Below, one piece after another: positions 18,127 to 32,061 of a stretch of DNA of 46,084 nucleotides. The translations under genes and the position numbers were made by a program. The stretch is taken from NCBI GenBank assembly GCA_038320275.1, contig JBBQEB010000010.1:1-46084 (forward strand), in the 5' to 3' direction. Below the pieces are notes generated by a model that was not told the DNA's origin, did no database searches, and was given only the letters and a program-made list of their open reading frames with translations. Positions within the stretch are counted from its first letter, which is position 1. The number at the start of each line of letters is the position of its first letter. The DNA comes from Myxococcales bacterium. Its GTDB lineage: Bacteria > Myxococcota > Myxococcia > Myxococcales > Anaeromyxobacteraceae.

Positions 18127-21100
18127 TCACGCCCAGCGGATCGCGCCGTCCGCCGTGAAGAGGAGGCCGCTCCTCACCTGGCGGGCCACCCCCAGCTCCA
18201 GCAGCATGCGGGCGTAGGTCCTCACCTGCTCCACGTAGTCCGGGTGGCTGTCGTGCACGTCGCCCGCGGGTGGGACGTCGGTCTTGAAGTCGATGACCGT
18301 CGCCAGGCCGTCCGCCGCGGCCACGAGGTCGATGGAGCCCCCGAGGAGCTTACCGCCCTGCGCCAGCGCCACCGGGTACTCCAGCTGGAGCCCCTCGCCC
18401 GGTGCGCGGCGGAGCCCCTCGTCGGCGAGCGCCGCCAGGGCGCGCGCGACGTCCTCGGCGGCGCTGGCCTGGTGTGCGTCGAGGCCGGTGGCCTCGGCCG
18501 CGCGCGCCACCGCTTGCGCCGGGGAGAGCGCCGGATGGCGCAGCGCCTGGCCCACGGCGAGGTGAACCGTCTCGCCGAAGACCGGGCCGAAGCGCCCGGG
18601 GCGGTCCTTGCGGGCTGGCCGCTCGCCGTCGTCCTCTCCGCGCTGGAGCTCCTCCACCGCCCGGTGCGCCTCGGTGGACACGCCCACCGGGGAGAAGAGC
18701 GGCCGTTCCGCGGCCGCGGCCGCCTCGGCCCAGCGGGCCTCGACGGTCGCGGAGAGCTCTGCTGCGCTGGCCGGAGGGCCCGGCTCTGGGGCGGGCGCCA
18801 TCGCGCCCCAGGCCGGCGGCGCGGCGGGGTCGAACGCTTCCAGCACCTCCAGGAGCTCGGGTGGCGCCGCCGCCAGGGTGGACGTCACGAAGGATGGACT
18901 CGGCGGGCTCGCGACCGGCAGCACGAGGAGGTCGCGCGCCCGCGTGGCGGCGACGTAGGCGAGGCGCCGCCGCTCGGCCTCGAGGTAGCGCTTCTCGCGC
19001 TTCAGGACGTTCGCGCCGGCCGGCTCCTCCCACTCCAGCCCGTCGATGTCCACCGCCCAGCTCGCCCCGTCGCGCTCCACCGCCCAGCACGCCTTGGGGG
19101 CCTTGCCATCCCATTGCCCGCACGCGTCCCACAGGATGACGATGGGGAACTCGAGCCCCTTCGCCTGGTGCGTGGTGAGGAACTGCACCGCCTTCCCGCC
19201 CACCGGGCGCGGCGGATCGAGCTGGACCGGCTCCAGCGCCCAGCTGCGGGCCCGCGCCGTGACGGCGTCGAAGTCGAGCCGCTCGGCCTGCGCCAGCGCG
19301 TCGAGCTGATGGCACAGCTCGCGGAGCCGGGAGAGGCGCTGCGCGCCGTTCGGCCCCAGGGCGATCATCCTCCCCAGCCCAGTGCGCTCCAGGAGGTCTC
19401 GCGCGGTGGCGCCCGGCGTCCGCTCGAGCCTCTTCTTGCGCAGCTCGGTCACGAGCGCCAGCGCCGCGCGCACCCGGCGGATGCCGTCGTCGTCCGGGAT
19501 CGAAGCCCCGGTGGCGGTGGCCGCCCGGTGGCGGGCGAGGTCGTCGAGGTCGAGCGCGAAGTAGGGCGGGCGCAGGAGCGCGGCCGCCGCGACGCCGTCG
19601 TCCCGGTCGGCCACCGCCCGGAGCGCCAGGACGAACCCACGGTGAAGCGCGTTGGAGAGGAACAGCTTGCCCCCGCGCGTCGCGAACGGGACGTCGAGCC
19701 GGTCGAGCGCTGCGAAGAGCGGGTCGGCCGCGTAGGTCGAGGACGCCAGGATGGCGACGTCGCCGTACCCCGCCGGGCGTATCGCGCGGGTGACCGGATC
19801 CACGACCTGCCGCTGCCCGCCCTCCACCGTGAAGCGGAGCCACGAGGCGAGCGCGCGCGCCTCGCTGGCGCGGGTGTCGTCCACCTTCTCTTCCTCTGCG
19901 CGCACGATGGGAAGTACGACGACCGCCTTGCCGGTGGGCTCCGAGCGGCCCGCGGCGAGCGGCTCGTTCGCCACCGTCCCCCGCTCCGGATCGAAGACCG
20001 GCTTGCCGCCCGCGGTGGTCCCCAGGATCGCGTCGAAGCGCTCGTTCACGAGCTTCACGATCCCGGGGGCGCAGCGGAAGTTCGCGGACAGCCGCACCTT
20101 CTCGCAGGGGCCCCGCTCCACGAGCTCCCGGACGGCGGCATAGGTGGCGATGTCGGCGCGCCGGAAGCGGTAGATCGACTGCTTGGGGTCGCCGACCAGC
20201 GTGAGCTTGCCCGGCGCGACGGCGATCTCCCGCCACGACGCGGCGATCGGCGCCTGTTCGGCGAGGTACAGCACGACCTCCGCCTGCAGAGGGTCGGTGT
20301 CCTGGAACTCGTCCACGAAGAGGTGGTCGAAGCGTCCCTGCAGCTCGCCGCGAACCCGCCGATCGTCGCGGAGGAGGTTGCGGAGCTGTAGGAGCAGATC
20401 GAGCTGGTCGACGGCCCGGCGGCGGGTCTTCACCTTGTGGTAGGCGGCCAGGAGGGCGGGGCGGGCCGCCACCAGCCGTCCGGCGAGCCAGCGCTGCAGC
20501 GGGCCGAGGAGGTCGTCGCGGAGGGGCGTCGCGCGGACCGGCTCCCTTCGTGTGTCGCCGTTGAACGCCCGCCAGGCGTCCCAGGCCGCCTTGTCCTTCC
20601 CGAAGTCGTCGGCCTGCTTCAGGTTCTTCTTGAGCGGCCGGAACGCATGCGAGAGCTCCCGGAAGATCACCGCCGGGTCGTCCTCGCTCGCGAGCTGCTC
20701 CACCGTCGCGGCGGCCTCGCGCAAGAGGACGCTGCCCGGCGCGTCGTTCCTCACCGTGCGCGCCAGCTCCGCCAGCTCCCGCGCGCGGTCGCGGAAGGAG
20801 GCGAGGTTTGCGGCCTCCGGCACGCGGGGAAGGGGCTCCACGTCGCGGATCGAGATGAACGACGCGAAGAGCGCGTCGAGGCCCGGCCAGACCCCCCAGC
20901 CATGCTCCTTCGTCTCCCACCGGACGTGCGAGGCGATGGCGGCCCTCATGCCGAGCTCGCCGGCCTGGGCCTCCTCGGCAGAGCACCAGCCGTCGAGCTC
21001 CGCACCCACCGTGCCGGACTCGGCCGAGTGGAGGAGCAGCGCGGTGGCCTCCCGGGCGAGCTCCGCCTCGTCCTCCACCACCTCCACGTCGGGCCCGATG

Positions 21101-21483
21101 CGCGCCTCCATGGGATGGAGCCGCAGGAGCCGGTCCGCGAACCCGTGGATGGTGCCGACGTGAGCGGTGTCGAGCGCTCCCAGGGACGCCGCCAGCCGGC
21201 TCCGGCGCAGGCGGGTCTGGGTGGGCTGGGCCAGCGCGGAGAGGAGCGCCTGCCGGATGCGGAGCCGGAGCTCGCCAGCGGCCTTGCGGGTGAAGGTGAC
21301 GGCGGCGATCCGGGAGAGCTCCAGCGCGGGCCCGCCGTCCCGTGGAGCCAGGAGCTCCACCAGCCGCTCCACCACGAGCGTCGTCTTCCCCGTCCCCGCG
21401 CCGGCGTCGACGAGGACGTTCTTGCCGCGGGAATGGATGGCGAGGTCGCGCTGGTCCTGGTCGGGCGCGGGTGGGCGGCTCAT
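18127..21483 (-). CDS. addA: AddA-like UvrD helicase with C-terminal RecB-family nuclease
   Basis: AGAGTGKT, VTFTRKAAGELRLRI, DEFQD, VGDPKQSIYRFR, HQAKGLEF, YVAATRARD; nuclease GSIDLV..IDFKT..Q...Y; ATGA overlap with addB. Confidence 0.87.
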   Translation of the reverse strand: MSRPPAPDQDQRDLAIHSRGKNVLVDAGAGTGKTTLVVERLVELLAPRDGGPALELSRIAAVTFTRKAAGELRLRIRQALLSALAQPTQTRLRRSRLAASLGALDTAHVGTIHGFADRLLRLHPMEARIGPDVEVVEDEAELAREATALLLHSAESGTVGAELDGWCSAEEAQAGELGMRAAIASHVRWETKEHGWGVWPGLDALFASFISIRDVEPLPRVPEAANLASFRDRARELAELARTVRNDAPGSVLLREAAATVEQLASEDDPAVIFRELSHAFRPLKKNLKQADDFGKDKAAWDAWRAFNGDTRREPVRATPLRDDLLGPLQRWLAGRLVAARPALLAAYHKVKTRRRAVDQLDLLLQLRNLLRDDRRVRGELQGRFDHLFVDEFQDTDPLQAEVVLYLAEQAPIAASWREIAVAPGKLTLVGDPKQSIYRFRRADIATYAAVRELVERGPCEKVRLSANFRCAPGIVKLVNERFDAILGTTAGGKPVFDPERGTVANEPLAAGRSEPTGKAVVVLPIVRAEEEKVDDTRASEARALASWLRFTVEGGQRQVVDPVTRAIRPAGYGDVAILASSTYAADPLFAALDRLDVPFATRGGKLFLSNALHRGFVLALRAVADRDDGVAAAALLRPPYFALDLDDLARHRAATATGASIPDDDGIRRVRAALALVTELRKKRLERTPGATARDLLERTGLGRMIALGPNGAQRLSRLRELCHQLDALAQAERLDFDAVTARARSWALEPVQLDPPRPVGGKAVQFLTTHQAKGLEFPIVILWDACGQWDGKAPKACWAVERDGASWAVDIDGLEWEEPAGANVLKREKRYLEAERRRLAYVAATRARDLLVLPVASPPSPSFVTSTLAAAPPELLEVLEAFDPAAPPAWGAMAPAPEPGPPASAAELSATVEARWAEAAAAAERPLFSPVGVSTEAHRAVEELQRGEDDGERPARKDRPGRFGPVFGETVHLAVGQALRHPALSPAQAVARAAEATGLDAHQASAAEDVARALAALADEGLRRAPGEGLQLEYPVALAQGGKLLGGSIDLVAAADGLATVIDFKTDVPPAGDVHDSHPDYVEQVRTYARMLLELGVARQVRSGLLFTADGAIRWA

Positions 21484-24400
21484 GGCGTTCCCTTGAGATC
21501 CCGGAGCTCGCCCAGCGCGCCCTTCGCCTCGGCGAGCGCCTCCGAGGCGCGGCGGGGTGTGGCTGGGCCGCAGACCGGCGTGAAGGCGCACCACTGGCAG
21601 TCTTCGGCGTCGGGCGAGGGCGGGAACGCGCGCGCGCCGACGAGCCGGAACGACAGCCGGAACCACTCCCGGGCAGCGTCCGCGAGGCTATCCGCGTCGT
21701 CGCGAAAGGCGCGCTCTGGCGCGTCACGCGCGCCCGCATAGGCGTACGCGGCCTCGACCCGGGGCGGCAGGCCCCAGGCCCGCGCCAGCTGGGAGATGAC
21801 GAGCACGTACAGCCCGAGCTGTGCGTCCCTGCCGGGCACGGGCTCCGCCTCGCCCTTCACCCTCGGGTGCGACTTCCCCGTCTTGAGGTCCCGGACGAAG
21901 GTGACGCCGTCCTCCACGTCGATGCGGTCGATGCGCCCGTGGACGTGGAGCTGCACGCCATCGCCGAGGTCGAGGAGGAGCGGGGGCCCGTCGCCGAACC
22001 CGAGCTCGACCCCGTGCAGCCGGCGCCCCTTTGGGCCGCTCCAGTCATGGCGGAGGAAGGAGCGGAGATCGACCTGGAGCCGGCGCAGCTCTCGCGCGCG
22101 CGGTCCCTCGCCGACCAGGGGGCGGCCCGCCATGAGCTCTCGAAGGGCATGGACCGCGACCGCGTCGGCCGCCTTTTCCCAGGCCGCGAAGGTCCCCTCG
22201 TGCGCGAGGAACGCCGGCCCGTGCTCGCGGTAGAAGGTCTCGGCGGCGGCGTGGAACAGCGTGCCGTAGGTGAGCGCGTCGAGCTCGTGCAGCTCTGGGC
22301 TCCCGGCGGGCTCAATCCAGCCCAGGATCTTCGCCTGCAGGAAACGCCTGGGGCAGTGGAGCAGGTCGGCGAGTCCCGAGGCCGAGATCGGGCGTGCCGG
22401 GTCGAGGCCGGGAATCGGGGGGAAGGGAGAGGCCGGATCGAGGACGCCGTCGAACGCTCCCAGGGCGCCCGTGCCTGGGGCCTGAAGGCGGGCGAGCTCG
22501 AGCGCTGGATCTTCCGTCCACGCTGGCGGCAGCGCGCGCTCGCCGGCGGCGATCCGGTCGAGCCAGGCAGACGCGCCCACCGGGGAAGCGGTCCGCCAGC
22601 GCGCCCGCGCGGAGCGAGCCGGAGCGAAGGCGTCGCGGCGGATGTCCTCCAGGCCGGGAACCGCCTTGCCGGGAGCGCCGCTGGCCTCGTCCGGGCGGCC
22701 CAGCGCCGCGGCCGCCTCGATGAAGGCAGAGGATGGCTCGCGCTCGGTGCGCGCGAGGTCGGCGCGGGGAGCGGACAGCACCACCCGCGAGGCGCCCAGC
22801 ACGGCGCGGTGCAGGCCCTGGAGATCTCCCGCAGCACAGAGCCCGGGCGTCCGCAGCATGGCCCCCGCGACCGCAAGGCGCTCGCGGAGCGGGCCGGGCA
22901 AGGCGGGGTCCTCGCGCGGCATGCGCGGGAGAGTGCCCTCGCAGAGCCCCATCGCGCGCACCGCGCTGAAGTGCAGGCCGGAGGCGCTGGCCAGCGTCCC
23001 GACGTAAACGGCGGGGAGGCCGAACCGGGGCGGGGCGTCCCGCAACGACGCGAGCACCTCTCCCACGAGATCGAGGGCGGCGCGTCCCGTCACGCCGGCG
23101 GCAGCTCCCGTGGCGCAGAGCGGCCCGAGCGCGCCGTGCAGCCGATCCGCGATGGAGGGCCCCTCGCCCGGAGAGAGAAGCGAGTCGCGCAGGAACGTCC
23201 TCAGCGCGGCCCACACCTCCTCCAAGGGCTTCTCCTCCATCACCGCGCGCGCCACCTGCACCAGGGAAAGCAGGGCCGGGCGGACCGCGCGCAGGCTCGA
23301 GAGCGTACCCTCGATACGCCTGCGCTCGTGACCGCCGCCATCCAGGGAGGCGGAGGCGCGAGCGAGCGCGGCTGTGAGCTCCGCCTCGCGCTCCACCGCG
23401 CGGACCGCCCACTCCAGCGCGCCCGCCGGGTTCGCGCCCTGTCCGCCGGCGGTGCCGAGGGCATACGCGAGCTCCATGGCCTCGCCGATGGACAGGTGAC
23501 GGCGCTCGCCCCCGCAGCGGAGGCTCGGCAGGACGGAGGCGATCGCTTGCGCGGGGAGGTGATCTTCGAGCGCGCGGAGGACGGCGAGCGTCCTCGCGCC
23601 TGCCGCACCGCAGGTGGCGGGGAGGCCGCCCGCGACGTGGATGGGCAGCGTCCCACCCGGCCAGGGAAGCCGCTCGAGGCGCGCGGCCAGGAGCGCTGCG
23701 TGAGGGTCGAGCGACGGGACGAGCACCGCCAGCTCCGCGAGCGGCGTTCCGCGCTCCAGGATCTCTTCCGCGACCCAGTCCACCGCCGCCTCCAGCTCCT
23801 CGTCCGCGCCGGCGTGCTCCTCCAGCGAGACCGTCCCGTCCGGCCCGGTGCTGCGCCGCCGGCCGGATCCCGCGGCGCCGAGCTCGCCGAAGAGGTGCCG
23901 CGCCAGGAGGTCGCGCTCGGTGCCGCCGTCCGCGGGGAGCGCGGCCCCGGCGAGCGCGGCGCGCGCCGCGTCACCGTAGAGCTGGGAGACCCGGCGCAGG
24001 TGCTCGCCGCGGCGCGGGCTCGCGGCCTGCAGTGCGAGCGTGCAGGAGGGCAGGGCGCAGAGGAAGCGCGCCTCGGCGCCCGCCTCGTGGCCGGTGGCGA
24101 CCGCGAGCACGGGCCCGCGGTGCGGCCACACCTCCGGCGAGCGCGCCAGCACGGCCGCAGCCTCGCGAAAGACGCGCCCTCGCGTGAAGCTCGTACCAGC
24201 TTCGCGGTCGAGCGCGACCCACAGGAGCGCGAGATCGCGACTGCGCGGGAGGTCCTGCGGGAGGTCGCAGGGGGCGAGCAGCGCCGCCTCGAGCTCGGTC
24301 ACCGCGCTTGCCAGGGCGCCCTCCCATCCGCGGGTCTGCCGGAGGACCGCCCGATCGAAGGACTCCAGTGCGAGGGCGTCGTTCTTCAGCAGCACGCCCA

Positions 24401-24665
24401 GCCGCAGGCGGCGAAGCAGGTCCTCCCCCGCGACGAAGGGAACGCCGGCGTTCCCGAGGACGGCCTCCGCGGCCGCCAGCGGAGTGAGGAAGCGCGTGCC
24501 GGCGAGCGACGGCGCCTGCCCAGCCCGGACGAGCGCGCGGCGGAGCGCGTGCGCGTGCCGCTCGGAGGGGACGAGCACCGTGCGCTGCGGCAGCGAGCCC
24601 TCCGCCGGGAGCGCCACGATGGCGTTCGCCCAGTCGGCGATCGTCCAGAGAACGGGGTGGTTCAT
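21480..24665 (-). CDS. addB: AddB-like subunit: degenerate helicase region plus PD-(D/E)xK nuclease with 4-Cys Fe-S motif
   Basis: ISASGL..HCPRRF, YGTLFH, GRIDRID, DLKTGK, QLGLY, CQWCAFTPVC; no Walker A seen; start could also be 24686. Confidence 0.82.
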   Translation of the reverse strand: MNHPVLWTIADWANAIVALPAEGSLPQRTVLVPSERHAHALRRALVRAGQAPSLAGTRFLTPLAAAEAVLGNAGVPFVAGEDLLRRLRLGVLLKNDALALESFDRAVLRQTRGWEGALASAVTELEAALLAPCDLPQDLPRSRDLALLWVALDREAGTSFTRGRVFREAAAVLARSPEVWPHRGPVLAVATGHEAGAEARFLCALPSCTLALQAASPRRGEHLRRVSQLYGDAARAALAGAALPADGGTERDLLARHLFGELGAAGSGRRRSTGPDGTVSLEEHAGADEELEAAVDWVAEEILERGTPLAELAVLVPSLDPHAALLAARLERLPWPGGTLPIHVAGGLPATCGAAGARTLAVLRALEDHLPAQAIASVLPSLRCGGERRHLSIGEAMELAYALGTAGGQGANPAGALEWAVRAVEREAELTAALARASASLDGGGHERRRIEGTLSSLRAVRPALLSLVQVARAVMEEKPLEEVWAALRTFLRDSLLSPGEGPSIADRLHGALGPLCATGAAAGVTGRAALDLVGEVLASLRDAPPRFGLPAVYVGTLASASGLHFSAVRAMGLCEGTLPRMPREDPALPGPLRERLAVAGAMLRTPGLCAAGDLQGLHRAVLGASRVVLSAPRADLARTEREPSSAFIEAAAALGRPDEASGAPGKAVPGLEDIRRDAFAPARSARARWRTASPVGASAWLDRIAAGERALPPAWTEDPALELARLQAPGTGALGAFDGVLDPASPFPPIPGLDPARPISASGLADLLHCPRRFLQAKILGWIEPAGSPELHELDALTYGTLFHAAAETFYREHGPAFLAHEGTFAAWEKAADAVAVHALRELMAGRPLVGEGPRARELRRLQVDLRSFLRHDWSGPKGRRLHGVELGFGDGPPLLLDLGDGVQLHVHGRIDRIDVEDGVTFVRDLKTGKSHPRVKGEAEPVPGRDAQLGLYVLVISQLARAWGLPPRVEAAYAYAGARDAPERAFRDDADSLADAAREWFRLSFRLVGARAFPPSPDAEDCQWCAFTPVCGPATPRRASEALAEAKGALGELRDLKGTP

Positions 24666-24789
24666 GGCAGGGGCTCTCGGCGGCATCCTGCGGAGAGGAC
24701 GGACATCCGACAAGACCGCTTCACGGCGCTCCGGCAGGCTCGGCGAAGGTAGCACGCTCGGGCTGGGGTCCGAGAGGTCGCGGGCGTCA

Positions 24790-24940
24790 GGCGAGCGTCA
24801 CACCCGAAGCCGACGACGAAGCCTGGCTCACCCTGCGCACCACGCTCGACGAGGAGGAGCGCGAGTCGGTCGACGAGGCGCTCGAGCTCGCCGGCGAGCT
24901 CTTGCCGGGCTCGAGCCGCCTGGAGCAGGTCGAGGCCATC
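24790..24940 (+). pseudogene. Start-less fragment resembling the multicopy Anaeromyxobacter-type HNH-endonuclease-associated proteins
   Basis: Frame reads EADDEAWLTLRTTLDEEERESVDEALELAGELLPGSSRLEQVEAI with coding-like codon usage; family call is from recollection. Confidence 0.4.
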
Positions 24941-25072
24941 CCGCCCTGCGCTGGTCCCCCCGCGGCGAGCCGTGGGAAGGGCCGCGTCCGTAGGGAGGCA
25001 CTCGGCACCTCACCCTGGGAGAACCCCGAGTCCATCATCGACCCTGGCCAAGAGTACTGAAAGCTTGCGCAG

Positions 25073-25094
25073 TGTCGGACCGCGGATCCATACT
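25073..25094 (+). promoter_or_regulatory. PafBC-type (RecA-NDp-like) promoter upstream of recN
   Basis: TGTCGG (25073-25078), 10 nt, CATACT (25089-25094), 6 nt, ATG; the actinobacterial consensus is TGTCGG-N10-TAnnnT. Confidence 0.6.
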
Positions 25095-25100
25095 CGCCGC

Positions 25101-26885
<1,785 letters not shown>

Positions 26886-26993
26886 GCGTGGCGAGGCGAG
26901 CCCGCGCAGGTTCGGCCGGAACGGAGGTCGGGCGCCGGCGTCTCGGCGCCGCTTCGCCGGCGGCGACGAGGCCCTCGCGCCACGGAGCGAGCG

Positions 26994-27023
26994 TTGACCG
27001 CCGCGGCGGCGGGTTGCTACGCT
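26994..27023 (+). promoter_or_regulatory. Sigma70-like promoter of the PP2C gene
   Basis: TTGACC-N18-TACGCT with an extended TG. Confidence 0.5.
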
Positions 27024-27055
27024 TCGGGCCCTCGCATGGTCGGCCACCTTCCCCC

Positions 27056-27811
27056 ATGAAGCTCGTCGCGCAGGGCCTCAGCGATGTGGGTCGCAAGCGG
27101 GATCACAACGAGGACTCGCTGCTCATCGACGAGGAGCTCGGGCTGTACGTCATCGCCGACGGCATGGGCGGCCATGCGGGGGGCGCCACCGCTTCCCGGC
27201 TCGCGGTCGAGACCATCCAGTCGCGCCTGAGGGATGCGCGCTCGGCGCGCGCGGACCTCTTTCGGGAGGATCAATCGCTCGAGGAGAGCCCGCTCCGCGA
27301 GCTGCTGCGGGAGGCCGTCGAGGACGCTTGCCACAGCATTTACGCGGTGGGACAGGCCAATCCAGCCCTGGCCGGCATGGGCACGACCGTGACGGCGGCG
27401 CTCGCCGCCGGTTCGAACGTCCTGGTGGCGCACGTCGGCGACAGCCGCATGTACGTCGCGCGGAACGGGCGGCTCTATCAGGTGTCGGAGGACCATTCCT
27501 TCGTCAACGAGCAGCTCAAGGCGGGCATCATCAGCGCCGAGGAGGCGCGCAACAGCAGGCACAAGAACGTCATCACGCGGTCGGTGGGCTTCGAGCCCGA
27601 CGTCGAGGTCGACCTCATGGGCCTCGAGGTGGAGCCGGGCGACAGGCTGGTGGTCTGCTGTGATGGCCTCTCGAACATGCTGGCCGACGAAGAGATCTTG
27701 GGAATCGTCGAGGAGGCCACGCTCGAAAGCGCCCCCAGGCGGTTGGTGGAGCTCGCGAATCAGCGCGGGGGCGACGACAACATCTCGGTCATCGTCGTCC
27801 ACGCAACCTGA
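27056..27811 (+). CDS. PP2C-family Ser/Thr protein phosphatase (Stp1/PrpC-like)
   Basis: SDVGRKRDHNED, ADGMGG, MGTT, HVGDSR, DGL, GGDDNIS. Confidence 0.95.
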   Translation: MKLVAQGLSDVGRKRDHNEDSLLIDEELGLYVIADGMGGHAGGATASRLAVETIQSRLRDARSARADLFREDQSLEESPLRELLREAVEDACHSIYAVGQANPALAGMGTTVTAALAAGSNVLVAHVGDSRMYVARNGRLYQVSEDHSFVNEQLKAGIISAEEARNSRHKNVITRSVGFEPDVEVDLMGLEVEPGDRLVVCCDGLSNMLADEEILGIVEEATLESAPRRLVELANQRGGDDNISVIVVHAT

Positions 27812-27964
27812 GGCGCGGAACGGCGGGGCTCACGCTGAATCTTCCCGGGTCGCCAGGTGGGTGTGGGTCCTGGAGCGCACCGGACCGCCGGGTGGGTTGG
27901 CGCGCGGGCTCGGATCGGGCCCCGAGCTTCCCCGCCCAGGCCACCGCTCTTAGGTTCATCGCCG

Positions 27965-28903
27965 ATGCCGACTGGACCCCGAGAAGGTAAGCCGTCGTCG
28001 CGGGCGCGGCGCTCCCAAAGCTTCACGGTCATCGTCGTGAGCGACCGTTCGCAGGCGGTGCGGAAGGTCACCGTGACCCGGCGCACCCTGGTGCGGGCGG
28101 CATCGGTCGCCGGGTTCGTCGCGCTCCTCCTCCTCGCCCTCGGTGTCCACTACGCGATTCTCCTGCGCAAGGGCCCCACCATCGTGGCGAGCTTCAACAC
28201 CCTCGTCTTGGAGGGGGAGAACGCACACCTCAAGAAGCAGCTCGCCACGGCGCAGGATCGCCTCTCCCACATCGCGAGCACGCTCGACCGGGTGGAGCGG
28301 TACGACACCAAGCTCCGCGCGGTCTCGACCTTGCCTGCGGGCGGTCAGGGCGAGGCTGCCGAGGCCGTGGTGGAAGGCGCCGGCAAGGCCAAGCGGCCGA
28401 AGAGGGGATCGCTCTCCGACGAACTGGCGGCGGTCGAGGGCCACGCTGCGCGCCAGGAGAGCGCGCTCGAGGAGTCGGGGCGCTACTTCGAGGAGCAGCG
28501 CACGCTGCTCGCCACCGCCCCCGCGGCCTGGCCCACGCGCGGGTGGGTCACCTCCGATTTCGGCACCCGGCTCGACCCGTACACCGCCGAGCGCGTCATG
28601 CACCGTGGCCTCGACATCGCGACCGCGATGGGCCAGCCGGTGCGGAGCCCCTCGGACGCCACCGTCCTTTTCGCGGGCACCGAGAGCGGCTACGGCAAGG
28701 TCCTCATCCTCGACCACGGCTATGGCGTGAACACCCGCTACGGCCACCTCTCGCAGATCCACGTGAAGGCGGGCGACAAGGTGAAGCGGGGCGACACGGT
28801 CGCCGCCGTGGGCAACACCGGGCGTTCCACCGGGCCGCACCTGCACTACGAGGTCCGGGTGAACGGCGTTCCCGAAAACCCCCGCAAGTTCATCCTCGAA
28901 TAA
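27965..28903 (+). CDS. M23 family metallopeptidase with N-terminal TM and coiled coil
   Basis: HRGLD, YGHL, GRSTGPHLHYE. Confidence 0.92.
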   Translation: MPTGPREGKPSSRARRSQSFTVIVVSDRSQAVRKVTVTRRTLVRAASVAGFVALLLLALGVHYAILLRKGPTIVASFNTLVLEGENAHLKKQLATAQDRLSHIASTLDRVERYDTKLRAVSTLPAGGQGEAAEAVVEGAGKAKRPKRGSLSDELAAVEGHAARQESALEESGRYFEEQRTLLATAPAAWPTRGWVTSDFGTRLDPYTAERVMHRGLDIATAMGQPVRSPSDATVLFAGTESGYGKVLILDHGYGVNTRYGHLSQIHVKAGDKVKRGDTVAAVGNTGRSTGPHLHYEVRVNGVPENPRKFILE

Positions 28904-29038
28904 CCCGGCGGCCCGCCCGTACTACCCTCGGTGCGGCGGCCCACGGCGCCGGGCCCGCGCGTTGCTTTCGCGTGGCGCGTGGTTACGCAAGAGGGTAGCC
29001 TCTCGCCCCCCCGGCCCCGTCCCGCTGCGAGGAAATGG

Positions 29039-31870
<2,832 letters not shown>

Positions 31871-31918
31871 TCCCCGAGGCTGCCCGCTGGAGGGCGCCCC
31901 CGCGCGTCCCCTCCGCGC

Positions 31919-31952
31919 TTCGCTCGACAGCCCCGCGCGGGGCATGAGCGAA
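31919..31952. terminator. Stem-loop after secA (possible terminator or mRNA-stabilising hairpin)
   Basis: TTCGCTC..GCCCCG-CG-CGGGGC..GAGCGAA nested inverted repeat; no clear U-tract. Confidence 0.35.
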
Positions 31953-32061
31953 ATGCCGGATCTTTCATCTCCGCCTCGATCAGGTGCGTTGACGCGGCGA
32001 GACACCGCTGCCAAGTTGGGCTACGTCCGCCGATTGACCCGAGAATCAACCCGGAGAGCCC

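Noticed and set aside
18127..24665. Helicase-nuclease pair plus WYL genes as an anti-phage defence island or Cas4-like system
   Set aside because: Motif content, sizes, addB-addA order and position next to recN and secA fit chromosomal AddAB; no mobility or compositional anomaly is evident.
24746..24775. TCTCGGACCCC on the minus strand as a second PafBC box
   Set aside because: It lies 18 nt, not 10 nt, from the TACCTT hexamer and mismatches the core.
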